A stretch of DNA of 64,000 nucleotides from Eledone cirrhosa (lineage: Eukaryota). Below, one piece after another: positions 37,858-50,800 of this stretch. A program made the position numbers and the translations under genes. The first letter of the stretch is position 1. Every line of letters starts with the position of its first letter. The stretch lies in contig OZ024743.1 of assembly GCA_964016885.1 (NCBI GenBank), positions 213,466,001-213,530,000 of the forward strand, read 5' to 3'. Below the pieces are notes generated by a model. That model searched no databases, had not been told where the DNA came from, and was given only the letters and a program-made list of their open reading frames with translations.

Positions 37858-38945
37858 TGTACAATCCAGGGTCCTCCTGCCATCCAGGGTCCTCCTGCCA
37901 TCCAGGGCCACACCAAGCCTCTTTATCCAGCAGGATTTAACACTGAGTCAGAAACTGCTGGGCAGGAAAATCTCCACTCTGTCTCAACGTCCCCAGCTTG
38001 CTCAGAGAATTCTCTGAATTTGGATGCAAAAGTATCTGCACACATAGTCCTGACTTTCTTATCCACCAACGCTTCCCTCTTTATCCTGTAGGTCGCCTCG
38101 GAACTGTCGGTTTTGTGGGATTCGTTTGCTTTAAGTAGTCTCAAGTTGCAGATAATTAGATGGTGATCAGTTGATAACTCAACCCTTCTCTTAACACGAA
38201 CATCCAGCATAGAATCGAAGAGATCAGCGACAATAACAAAATCAATTATTGATCTCTGTCCCTGATTCCAATTATACCATATTTATTGATGTATCTATGC
38301 TGGAAGAAGGTGTTCATATTAGAGAGTCCATTGCTAGAACAGATGCCTAATAAGGTCTGTACATTCGTATTTAGAGCGGGGGTCGCCATTCCTTCCAATC
38401 ACTCCTTTCCATGTCAGATGGCCTGTGCCGACATGTGCATTGAAGTCTCCCATCAGGATATATGATTCAGTCTTAACTACATCATCTATCTTTCAGCTTA
38501 TGCTTAAAAAAAGAGCGCCATACTAAATCGTCATGCTTTAAGTAGAGGGGTCGGTTCGAGAAATATATTGCAGCCACTATTTCATGCCGCAAAAATTGGT
38601 GATAGGCCTGCGACCTGTCCTGGGTGGCGTGGAATGGATGCAAAAATATTGCGTATCCCGAGACCCCAAACCGGGAGTAAAGCTTAAGTTTTGGAACCTA
38701 TAACAGCACAACCGTTACATGTAAGGAGCAGGAACTAGTAGAAGAGACTAGATGCTACCGGTTCGATATAATCGGGATTTCCTCAAGAAAGTTCCGTGGC
38801 TCTGTTACTGTAGATTTGGATGGAGGATGGAAATTCCAATATTCAGACGTGGTGCCAGAAATGGCTGCACAGCCTGGAGTAGGGATTCTCACAAGCCCCC
38901 GGCTGTCAGAATGTGTTATGAACTGGATCCCATTCGGAGGGAGGA
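37858..38945. mobile_element. RTE-clade LINE APE-domain fragments in opposite orientations
   Basis: Minus: ILMGDFNAHVG...LDVRVKRRVELSTDHHLIICNLRL. Plus 38680-38945: N-terminal APE part (GVGILTSPRLSECVMNWIP). Confidence 0.7.
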
Positions 38946-40089
38946 AAGAATTATAATATATGAAATATATGGATACTGTTACTATGTTTGGAAGCATATT
39001 CTTAATATAAGATGTTAAATTTTTTATTATATTCAATAGTATATTATTTGATACTACTAAGAGCCTTTAGCTTATTTGAATGACGATAAATGATAAAGTC
39101 AAAATGCTTCTTGATACTTTCGAAAAATGATATTTTGGCTTCGAGCTATAAGATATATTTACACTTATATTTATGTGGGGAGTGATATTAATTTTGTATT
39201 AAACGTATGCGAAATAAATATATTTTTAGTCAGCATACCAAGTAATGAGTAATGAGTTTTTAAAAAGTCTAAGCCTGTCTCAAGATATCAGGCCGGTGGT
39301 TATCCCAGTTAAGCGCCTGAAGCTACAATATTTCAGCTGCTAGACACGGGAAGCTATCTATACTCTGTAGTACTCAATTTATAGCGAAATTGATTGGGAC
39401 CATTTCTAAGTTTATCACCTTCACCGTTGACAAGTTACCTGTTAAAAGCATTTCGGATAATTGTTCAAGGGCATACTTATTTACTGATGACGATTTCACT
39501 CCTTGTTTCATATAATTTTATGTCCTACGTATTTCTTATAACCATATTTTCTCGACTGATGCACCATATTTTTCCTAAATTTCGAATACATTCAAACGAA
39601 CTTTATTCTATTCTTGTGGGTTTCTTGTTATTACCTCGCAATCTTTTCCTGGTTGTTTGAAATACCTTCGGGTTTCATTTTACCATTCCTTTTTCTGGAA
39701 TTCCTATAGTTATTTCCTACAGTTATTTCCTTATAGATGTGACTGAATATAGTTCTCATTATGTAATATGTTATCATGTTGGAACACAATATTTCAAGAT
39801 TATGCCAAACAAATTTTCCATTTCCATGATGCTATTTTACTGCCTAGTTATTGTCTGTTACATTTGTAGATTCTACAAATTGAATTTCCTTGTATTTATA
39901 TTATACATCTCGTTTGTATAATTTTTCGTTTTAAGAAATTGGTTATCTAACTACAGAAACCTAATGTAAACATTATGTACTTTCATATTTCTGGTAGTTT
40001 CAAACTTATATTTTATAGAAATATCACTGTTTTGAACCACATCTTATGTTGTTCTTTATTAGCATCATTTTTCATTAATGGAATTTTCC

Positions 40090-40090
<1 letters not shown>

Positions 40091-40139
<49 letters not shown>

Positions 40140-40182
40140 TTATCTATGTCTATCTATCTAGCTATCAATTTATCTATCTATC
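40091..40182. repeat. (TCTA)n tetranucleotide repeat
   Basis: Direct reading of the sequence. Confidence 0.93.
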
Positions 40183-40204
40183 AAACAACCTAACTCCCCC
40201 TCTC

Positions 40205-40235
<31 letters not shown>

Positions 40236-40271
40236 ATATATACATATATAAACCTATATATATGTGTATGT

Positions 40272-40334
<63 letters not shown>

Positions 40335-40335
40335 T

Positions 40336-40368
<33 letters not shown>

Positions 40369-41049
40369 AACACACAAATATATAAATATATATATCTTTC
40401 TTATAGAAAGATAGAAAGGAAAGGCTGTTTTCTATACATCAATAGATATATCTACATATTTCTTAGTCAATCTATCCATATATCTATATTTTATAAATGT
40501 ATTCATCTGAACCTATTTTTATTCCGGAGCACTCAATTACCCTTGAGAATACTTCTAATTAATTGGAGTATCTAAAATAGATAATTGACCTTGTATAAAC
40601 TTTAGATAAAGAGCTGCAAATATTCGGTCAGCTGAAACTACGTGCCTATATGTATATCAAATAAGTATATGTACATATCAGTGTATGGTGTGTATGCTGT
40701 GTATAAATGTGGCTTGTACACATACAGACACAGACACATATATAAAGATGCAGGGACACTATAAGCGAAAGTTATGTTATAAAAAATGTGTTTATATGGA
40801 ACTTAACTTCGGATGTTTGTATAAGTATACACACACACACACATTCATTCTGTCAAACCTTATATATATATATATAAGGTTTCACAGAATGAATGATTTT
40901 ATAATTATTTCATTAAATATAACCGGGTTCGATAGGTATGAAAATCTTATTAAATATTATATGTTAAATATGAAATATAAAATAAAATATTTCTCCTGCA
41001 TTCTGTGAGCAGTTGGAATATATGTGAGTTTTCTGTCAAAGTTTCTCGT

Positions 41050-41085
<36 letters not shown>

Positions 41086-41096
41086 GAAGAAGAATG

Positions 41097-44000
41097 TTTT
41101 CTTTATTAACCACAAGGGTTTACATAAAGTAGACATTAAAGACAGTACAGGACAATACAGGACGGTACAAATGGGCATTTCTGCGTGTAAAAAAACAGAG
41201 GATGTAATAAAATAACAAAGAAAAATTCCTCACAAGGGGGGAGACTTCTGAGGGATATTTGTGGAGAAAGCCCATTAAAAGACCACAGTGACCCTGACCA
41301 CCAGGGTAAGTGCCCTCTCTCAGTTTTCCACCTTTAATTTACAGACACATACTCAGAGTAGGCCCATTCACTCGGGCCATACTTGCTTCTCTCACCCATC
41401 TTTCAACAAAATGCTGGGAAGAGAGCACTTCCCTCTCTACCCTGATTTTCCTTTTCAAATGAAATTTGAAAAAGTTAAGCAGGGCATCATCGAAGAGGTA
41501 AGTGCTCGTCTTCAGCCCTTTCAAACGTGTCCACCATACTATCTCTTTTGTCATGGCCACCAGACAGATAAAAACTGCCTGCCCTTCCCAGCTAGAGGAA
41601 GAGAGCGGAGCATTCCTCACGATGGACTCAGCTGATAGCCGGATCCGTCGTACACGTGACAGCAGGTGTTCGACATAAACCCACAAGTCATCAATGCTCG
41701 GACACTGGACGAGTGCGTGCAGGACGGTTTCGTCGCCCTGCGCGGATCTCGGACATGCCCGGCTGACGGCACCTCCATGCCTGTAGAGTTTATCCCGAAC
41801 TGGCAAGGCTCCCCGGTAGCACTGCCAGGCCAGGGATTTCTGGAAGTTGTCCATAGGCCCCGGCCCGAAAGTCCGTCCGAATAGATTGGCTAGTTGATTT
41901 TCGTCGACGCCTAGAGTTTTTCCAAGTACGTCGTCGCTCTTCCCCTCCACTAATCCTCTATAGAACGCCAAGGTGGAGTTTCCACCGATCACATTGCCCG
42001 ATTGGTCGAGGGTTTTGAGCGCCTGAAGACATTCCAGTCTCCAGGCGCTCCCTCTCGGTCTTCGCTTGACCCAGGACTGCAGCTCCGTCAAGGAAACGAG
42101 CTGGGGAATACGTGTCTAGCAAACCGTGACCACACCTGATCACCGTCGAGGAAGAGGTGGAGATGTCGTAGCCTGAGCGCGTGTCTGCGCATCATCAGCC
42201 ACGGCATGCCCAGCTCTCCACGTAGCGGGTGTTGACAGCAGAATGACCGCCTGACCATCGGAGCGCGTCCCTTCCACAAAAAGCGAAAGAGCAAACGTCC
42301 AGCGCAGTCAGGCGGGGCTTAGGACAAGGTACGACGGTCAGGCGGTAGCAGATGACACACGCGATGTACGCGTTAGCCACCTCCACTCGACCTTTCAGGG
42401 ATAGCTTTCTCTCCGCCCATTTCTGGGTGAGAGAAGCCACCCTGCTCGTCACTTCGTCCCAGTTTTTGTCAGTCTGGAGGTCCGGACCGAACCAGACCCC
42501 GAGCAATTTAACCGGTCCGTCCGTCCAGCGCTCGACGGCACTGTTGGACGGCATGGACCTGCCTCTCCAGGTGCCGAGCTGCAGGCCCACTGACTTTCCT
42601 GGTTGATCATTGCTCCTGTCACCGCTTCGTATTCTCTTAGTGTAGTGCCGATCGCCTCGATGTGTTTGGCGTTCGACACCACTACGGTGACATCGTCCGC
42701 ATATGCTGACACGGATATTCCGCATCCTAGTTCGCGCGGGACACCTCTCAACGTCTCCAGTTTGTGCAGTAAGGGCTCGAGAGTCAATACGTACAAGAGG
42801 GACGAGAGGGGACATCCTTGGCGGACCGAGCGCATTATGTTGAACGGTTCAGAAAGGTGACCGTTCACTCTCACCACAAGCAGATGTCGCTGTGCATAGC
42901 AGCGATCCAGCCTCTGAAGACGGGCCCAAAGCCAGCCGCCCTCAGGACTGCCGCTAGGTAACGATGGTCGACCCTATCGAAAGCTTTCGACTGATCTAAA
43001 TTGATCAAGGACCCACCGGTGCCAGGTTCCCTAGCTACCCTCTCTACGATGTATCGCATGAGGTGGAGGTTGTCGTGGATGGATCTGTCGGGAATGGCGC
43101 ATGTCTGCGCCTCTCCCACCAGACCACCAACGACAAGCGCCAACCTCTTTGCTAGCACCTTGGCCAAAATCTTAAACTCTGTGTTTAGCAGAGTTATGGG
43201 CCGGAAATTTTCTATCTTATCCCCCTTGTTCGGATCCTTTCTCAGCAGTGCCACCGCTCCTCGGCTCACAGAACTGGGAATTCTCCCGTTCTGTTGCCAG
43301 TTGCAGTAGACGTCCGCCAAGAGGCCTCCGAACAAGTCTGGCATCTGTACGTAAAGTTCATAGGGCAGACCATCCAAACCAGGCGATTTACCCCTTGTGC
43401 AGCCAGTCATTGCCTCCCGTACTTCAGCGGCTGTTATCGGCTTTTTGCAGCACTCCGCCTCAGTGGCCGAGTGCCGCGGCAGTCCGTCGAGGTAGACACT
43501 AAAGTCCATCCCTCGACCCGGCCCACCGCTGTGCCCCCGAACAGCTGAGCGAAGTGTCGCTGAAAAGCTTCACACATTTGCCCGGGATCGTGTAGCATGC
43601 GCCCGTCGTGGTCCACCAAAGACCGGATCGTGGCTCTGTTGCCACGACGCGCCTCCGCCACTCGGGCCCATTGAACGGCTTTCGTCCCCTCGTGTCTGAG
43701 AGCACGCACCCTAGCTCTGACAACGCAGCCTTCGTGCTTTGCATTGAAGAATTGGTCAAGGGCCAATTTCGCCGCAAGCACGTCGGTCGCGAGGCCTTTG
43801 CTAAGCGCCTCGTCTAATTTTCTAACTAGTTCTCCCTCTGCTCTATTTTTCTCTATTGCTAAAGCCTTACTAAACCTAATGGATTCTATTCTAATCGCTC
43901 TTTTCAGAGCAAACCACCACTTGTTGTTGACGATGGCCCCCGTCAACGCCCGCTTAACTAGTTCGCTAATCCGGTCTCTGTAGGCCTTGCGCGCTGGTAA

Positions 44001-46667
44001 GGACGCGTTTAGCTTCCAGTAGCCGGATCCTCGTCTATGAAGTCTATCTAAGTCAAGCACACAGATCACGAATTTGTGGTCCGTGTAGCTGACTATCTTG
44101 AATTGTGGACAGCCTATGCTAAACCTATCTATTTCCCTACAAAATACTCTATCTAGCTATGATCTGGATGACCCTATGCTATTTGTCCAAGTCCACATTG
44201 GCACATTCGGGAAATCCAATCGGTACCTGTCAGACAGTTCAAAACGCCTGAGCAGGTTGGTGAGGCTCTTGCACCCTCCACCCCTATTCGCTAATCCCAC
44301 ACAGTCCCAGCGTGCATCTAAGATCCCGTTCCAGTCGCCCACTAACACTAAAGAGCGGGACGTTCCAAGAAAGGTCTCCAGACGCCGGAAGAAATCAGGC
44401 CGCCCTGCTCCTGTCGGGGCATAGACGGCCACTAACCTGAAAGCTTGCCCGTCTCCACTGGTCACGTCCAGCACCACCAACATACCCTCTGGATCCAGGA
44501 AGATGGCCCGTATAGCGAGATCCAAACCTCTACGAAAAAGCACAGCAACTCCCCCCCCCCCCGATCCAGGACGGCTGGGTGATGCGTACACATCGTAGCC
44601 GCCGAAGATCGGTGCGAAGGCCCGTGCTTCGAAGATTCTGGTCTCGCTGATGGCCACTACATCTATGTTTAGTGACCTGACGTCGTTGAGTAGGTGACCC
44701 TGCTTCCATGACGACCCCAAGCCACGCGCATTTATGCTGCCTATTCTGAGTAAGGTCATCTTTAAAATGGAGTGGAAAAGATGGGAAAGACCACTTACCG
44801 TACTTTTCGTAGAGGAAGGATGGTTTTTCCATCCCTTTTCACTTGATCGTCTGGTGAAGGGACCGTTGAATCGTCCCTTCGGCTGGTCGTCGGCTCTTCT
44901 ATGAGTATGTCCGAATATACTCTCCGGTTGAGAGTCCCCCCTAGGTCTATGAAATCACCAACTGCGTTGGGGCATTTCGTTTTAATGTTTGTTTATTGTT
45001 TCTGTGCTATTTTTACCAGTCTTATGTTCGTTGGCGTTTTGATTGGTGCTGGTATTATGTAGTCGTGCTGTGAAATGTCTGTATGTTCAATTATGTAAGT
45101 CATTAGTTTCTTGTTGTGTGTATTTATTGCCGTGCATTTGTTTTTCTGGGGGTGAGGTATGGTTCTGCTATTTTCTGGTCGTTGTTGCTGGGTGTGTGTG
45201 TTTTGTTGTTGTGTTTGTGATGTTGGTGCTTGTGGTGGTGGTGTTGAAGGTGTTGTTGTTGTTGGCGGTGGGGTTGTTGCCGGTGTTGATGGTGGTGCTA
45301 GTGTGGGTGGTGATGGTGTTGGTGGTGCGAAAGCATTTCGGGCGTTTGCCCTCAACATTTATGGGCATTTGAGTGCCGTTATCGAAGTCTAACACATCCA
45401 GGATAGCTTCGATGCACTCCTGGTTGGTTTGGATTAACATCTCAACGGAGGTGCCGACCCAATCTTTTCTTACTTTTTTCTGTACTTGCAGTACAGTTGT
45501 TTTGTCCTCGATTCCGACGAGGACAGTCGCGGCTAGCCAAGAAGGGGCCATCCGGGGGGGGGGGGGACGTGGGTCAGTTTGACACTCACAATTTTTTGCC
45601 CGCAGTAGGAGGGGGCACCAACACCATTTCCTCGCTCCTTAGGGTCACTAAGGATTGAGCCTTTGCCTCCTGGGGTGTGGCAAAAAGCACGTCTATGGTG
45701 GCATATTTCTTGCCTCGGGTGATATGCGTTTTCCGCTGCCACACAGACCCTAAGGCTTTTTGTGGCTCTTTCAACCCGACGGGATTTTGTGCTTACTGTA
45801 CGGTACGTGACCGTACAGTGCTGTTGAGTTTCGAAAAATGTTTCGGCTGCCTTGCAGATTGCTTCGCTTCTTGTAATTCCTCATTTGTTATGACGATGGT
45901 TTCCAGGTTCTTTGCGATACCTGCAAACGAGATTGGTTTTTCTTTGCTGCTGTTGTTGTTGTTGTTGATGCCGTCAGAGCTGCTGTTACTTTTGTTTTTG
46001 CTGCAGGTAATACGACTACTGCCGCCACCGCTGTTGCTGTGGTTGTTGTTGTTGTTGTTGCTGCTGCTGCTAATGCTGTTGTTGTTTATGCTGCTGCTGA
46101 TGCTGTTGCGGCTGCTACTGTTGTTTTCCTTCTCACTGTTACTGCTTCTGCTGCTGTTATTACGGCTGCTACTGCTATTATTCATGACGTCAGACGAATG
46201 AAATGGGTTTTCGTATTTCCCGCACACCTTTTTCGTCGTTGTTGTCGTCGTGGAGAAATGTTCCTTGATTTGCACGTGATTTTGTAAACTATTTTTCTTT
46301 ACTAGCGTCGCTTGCGAAAGAGAAGGGAGCGAGTGAGACACATTTAGAGAAGGGAGGGAGAGAGACAACCTTCTCTCTGCTGTAGTGACGATTCAGGAAG
46401 AAGAAAACGGAATGAGTGGGAGTGACTTGTGAAAATTCTTTTTCGTAGCCATGTTTTTTTTTGGTTTAAAATAAATACTGGGCACAAAACCCCAATAATC
46501 GGTTATTTAAACCCGAAGGGCAAAATATGGGACAGAAAGACCCTTCTCACGAGGATGAGGGTGTTTTTGTCTATAGTTTGGTTAAAGTTTTAAACAATTT
46601 ACAATTGTTATAGCGGTCGACATTTACAATACCTTACAGAGCCGAACCTCCGTCAACCATGGCATTC
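41097..46667 (-). mobile_element. Tx1/L1-type retrotransposon copy 2 (same family as copy 1) in (AAT)n
   Basis: Same 5' terminus GAATGCCATGGTTGA and same 3' UTR as copy 1. ORF2 at 41339-44759. ORF1 at 44795-46452 has a ~440-bp deletion at 45327. Confidence 0.93.
41339..44759 (-). pseudogene. ORF2 of copy 2 (APE-RT), frameshifted
   Basis: MTLLRIGSINARGL, VYAP, VGDWN, GYWKLN, FRPITLLN, AYADD, FQKSLAWQCYRGALPV. Confidence 0.93.
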
Positions 46668-46691
46668 AATAATAATAATAATAATAATAAT

Positions 46692-47146
46692 TTACCACAT
46701 TCTGAGAAGTGGGATTTTAGGATACAGACGGACAAGAAACTGGAACACAATAGACGTGACCTGGTGGTTTTGGACAAAGAAAAAAGATCGTGCCTGATTG
46801 TGGATGTGGCCTGCCCATTCGACACGAGAGTGGAAGAGAAGGAGAGGGAGAAAATTAACCGATACCAGGACTTAAAGTGGGAGGTAAAAATGATTTGGAA
46901 CTGCCATGAAGTCAAAGTGGTTCTGATTGTCATAGGCGCTCTAGGTACTATCTCAAAAGGTTTCCAGGGATGGTTAATGAAAATTGGCCCCGCCACGCTT
47001 TTTGGAACGCTTCAAAAGGCATGCTTGCTGGGAACAGCAAGAACCCTCCGATACGTCCTGAATATCTGAGGCTGCAGGTAGTGGCTTGATATTCATTTCA
47101 ACAAACTTTCCAGTTAACTAACATCAATGACTGAAACTCAAAGAAC
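46692..47146 (+). mobile_element. R4/Dong-type RLE non-LTR element, 3' fragment A, ending in (TAA)n
   Basis: WDFRIQTDKKLEHNRRDLVV...IVDVACPFD...EKINRYQDL...IVIGALG...LQKACLLGTARTLR; stop at 47069. Confidence 0.88.
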
Positions 47147-47198
<52 letters not shown>

Positions 47199-47200
<2 letters not shown>

Positions 47201-47865
47201 CCATATAATTTCAATGTGCAGTCCTATAGCTCCAACCGAATACCTAAACAGGCATGACAGAGCTGCACAATACATACATTGGATAATGTGTAAGCATTTC
47301 GACCTGCCCTATCAAAAGAATTGGTGGGAGCATCAACCACCTCCCATACTTGAAAAAGATCACATCTCAATCTTGTGGAACTTTAGCATCCAGACAGACC
47401 GAAAAATAGATGCAAATAGACCTGATATAATATTGAAGGACTTTAAAAAGAGGGTATGCCTGCTAATTGATATGTCTGTTCCAATAGACAAGAATGTATC
47501 TATAAAAACAGTTGAAAAATTGAGCAAGTATAAGGACCTGGAGATAGAAATTGGAAAAATGTGGAAATTGAGAACTAAAACAATACCAGTGGTTGTAGGC
47601 GCTCTGGGAATGATACCTAAGGGGTCTAATGATTACTTATCGCAAATCCCAGGAAACCCGCGTATAGGAGAAATACAAAAGATAGTACTAATGGGAACTG
47701 CCCATATACTAAGGAAGATTCTGTCAATATAACTCTAAACACTAAAGATGCATGTGTGAGTATGTATGTTCTTTCTTGAACATGGCGGACCCTGTTGTCT
47801 CTTGAGGTCACTGGTTGTGACTTGGTGATAACTCGTATGAACATAAATCAAGATAAATGCAACTG
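47199..47865 (+). mobile_element. R4/Dong-type RLE non-LTR element, 3' fragment B, ending in (TAA)n
   Basis: HIISMC...YLNRHD...WNFSIQTDRKIDANRPDII...IDMSVP...EKLSKYKDL...VVVGALG...MGTAHILRK; stop at 47732. Confidence 0.9.
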
Positions 47866-47888
47866 TAATAATAATAATAATAATAATG

Positions 47889-50800
47889 ATTTCTTTATTG
47901 GCCACAAGAGCTGACATCAAGAAAAACATCACAGACGGAACAGGACGGTACGATGTGGGCTTTGTGCGTGTAAATATTTTTATTATTTATATAATAAAAG
48001 AAAAAAAGACATAAAACATATATATATATATAAACAATAAAATGAAAATTTAAACAATGAAAAATTCCCCAATAGGGGAGAAACCTCCGAGGGTTACTCG
48101 TGGCGAAAACAAACAAAAGACCACGGCCACCCTGACTACCAGGGCAAGCGCCCTCTCTCAATTTTTCCATCTCTCAAACTACAGACGTATATTCAAAGTG
48201 TTCCCGTTCACTCGGACCATTCTCGCTACATTCACCCCCCTTTCAACTAACTTGCTAGAAAGCAGCACTTGCCTCTCCACCCTGATTTTCCTCTTCAAGT
48301 GAAACTTGAAAAAGTTAATTAGGGATTCGCCGAAGAAGAAAGTGTTTGTCTTTAATCCTTTTAACCTTGTCCACCACACAATCTCTTTTGCCATGGCCAC
48401 CACCAAGCAGATGAAAACCGCCTGCCCTTCCTCCTCAAAGGAAGACGGCGAGACCATCTGCACAATGGACTCAGTCGACAACCGGATCAGTCCCACACGT
48501 GACAGCAACTGATCGACATAGCTCCACAAGTCAGTAATGCTCGGGCACTGAACGAGTGCGTGCACAACGGTTTCGTCGCTATGCGCGCATCTCGTACAGG
48601 CTCGGCTGACGGTACTTCCGTGCCTGTAGAGCTTATCTCGAACCGGCAGCACTCCCCGGTAGCACTGCCAGGCCAGGGATTTTTGGAAGTTATCCATAGG
48701 CCCCGGGCTGAAAGTTCTCCGGAAGAGAGCAAACAGCTGATCTTCTTCGACGCCCAGCATCTCTCCGAGAATGTCGTCGCTCTACCTCTCCACTAGTCCT
48801 CTATAGAACGCCGAGGTGGATGTTCCAGCGATACTGGTGCCCACTTGGGAGAGGGAAGTGAGTGCCTGGAGATATTCCAGTTTCCAAGCGCTATCCCTCG
48901 GTCTTTTTCTGACCCAGGACTGCAGCTCCGTCAAGGAGACGAGCTGTGGGAAAATGTGCCTGGAGAACGGCAACCACACCCGTTCACCATCAAGGAAGCA
49001 CCAGAGATCTCGCAGCCTCAGCGCATGTTTGCGCATCATCAGCCATGGCATGCCCAGTCCTCCACGCAACGGGTGTTGACAGTAGATGGATCCTCAGACC
49101 ATGGGAGCGCGTCCCTTCCACAAAAAGCGGAAGAGGAGGCGCTCCATTTTGGTGAGAGTTGGGCTGGAGAAAGGGACGACGGTGAGGCGGTAGCAGATGA
49201 CGGATGCGATGTACGCATTCGCTACATCCGCGCGGCCTTTCAGGGACAGCTTCCTCTCAGCCCATTTCTGGGTGAGGGAGGCCACCCTGCTCGTCACCTC
49301 GTTCCAGTTTTTCTCCATCTGGAGGTCCGGTCCGAACCAGACCCCGAGCAATTTAACCGGTCCGTCCGTCCAACGCTCCACGACGCTGTCGGACGGCATG
49401 GACTTGCCTCTCCAGGTGCCTAGCTGCAAGCCCACCGACTTTTCTTGGTTTATCTTTGCTCTTGTCACCGCTTCGTATTCCTTGAGAGCGGTGCCGAGCA
49501 TCTGGACGTGTCTGGTGCTCGACACCACCACGGTGACGTCGTCAGCGTAAGCCGACTCGGATTTCCCGCATCCTAGTTCGCGTGGGACGCCCCTCATCGC
49601 CCCCAGTTTGTGCAGTAACGGCTTGAGAGCCAATACGTACAAGAGGGACGAGAGGGGACAACCTTGGCGGATTGAACGCATGATGCTGAACGGCCGCGAC
49701 AGGTGACCGTTCACCCTCACAACTGAGCAGATGTCTCTGTACATTGCTGCGATCCAACGCCTGAAAACGGACCCGAAACCGGCTGCCTCGAAGACCGCCG
49801 CCAGGTACCGATGGTCGACCCTATCGAATGCTGTGGATTAATACAAGTTGATCAGGGCCCCACCCTTGCCATGTTCCTTAACCACCCTCTCTATGATGTA
49901 TCGCATGAGGTGGAGGTTATCGTGTTTGGATCTGTCCGGAATGGCGCATGTCTGCGGCTCTCAGACCAGACCCTTGACGACAAGCGCCAACCTCGTTGCT
50001 GACACCTTGGCCAAAATCTTGAACTCTGCGTTTAACAGGGTTATGGGCCTGAAATTATCAATAACATCCCCATTGTTCGGGTCTTTTCTCAGCAGCACCA
50101 CTGCTCCCCGGCTCATAAAACTGGGAATGCTCCCGTTCTGCTGCCAGTTGCAGTAGACGTCTGCAAGAGGTCACCGAACAAGTCTGGCATAAAAGCATAA
50201 ACTCGTAGCGCAGACCATCTAAACCTGGCGATTTACCTCTTGTGCAGTTAGCCATCGCTTCCCGTATTTCACCGGCTGTTATTGGCTTTTCGCAACACTG
50301 TGCTGCGGTCGTCGAGAGCCCAGGCAGTCCGAGGAGGTATGCACTGAAGTCCATGTTCCGATCCGGGCCGCGCTGCTCCCGAACAGTTCAGCAAAGTGCT
50401 GCTGAAAAGCTTCACACATCCGCTCGGGTTCGAGCATCACGCACCCGTTTTGGTCAGACAAAGACCGAATTGTGGCTTTATTGCCACGTCGAGCCTCTGC
50501 CACCCGGGCCCATTGGACGGCTTTTGTCCCCTCGTGTTTTAGAGCACGCGCTCTAGCTCTGACAACGCAGCCTTCGTGTTTTGCGTTGAAGAATTGGTCG
50601 AGTGTCAATCTCGCCGCAAAAACGTCGGTTGCGATGCCTGTCCTAAACGCTTCTTCTAGCTTTCTGACTAGCTCTCCCTCTACTCTATTTTCCTCTATCA
50701 CTACTCCTTTACTAAACCTAATCGACTCTACTTTAATTGCCCTTTTCAGGGCGAACCACCACCTGTTGTTGACGTCCGCTCCCGTCAACGCCCGCTTAAG

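Noticed and set aside
37863-37907. 18-bp tandem CATCCAGGGTCCTCCTGC
   Set aside because: Local slippage at the broken end of an RTE fragment, with no further structure.
40600-40650. AGCTG...CAGCT-GAAA-CTACGT, resembling a hammerhead half
   Set aside because: No recognisable core and no stem I or cleavage triplet.
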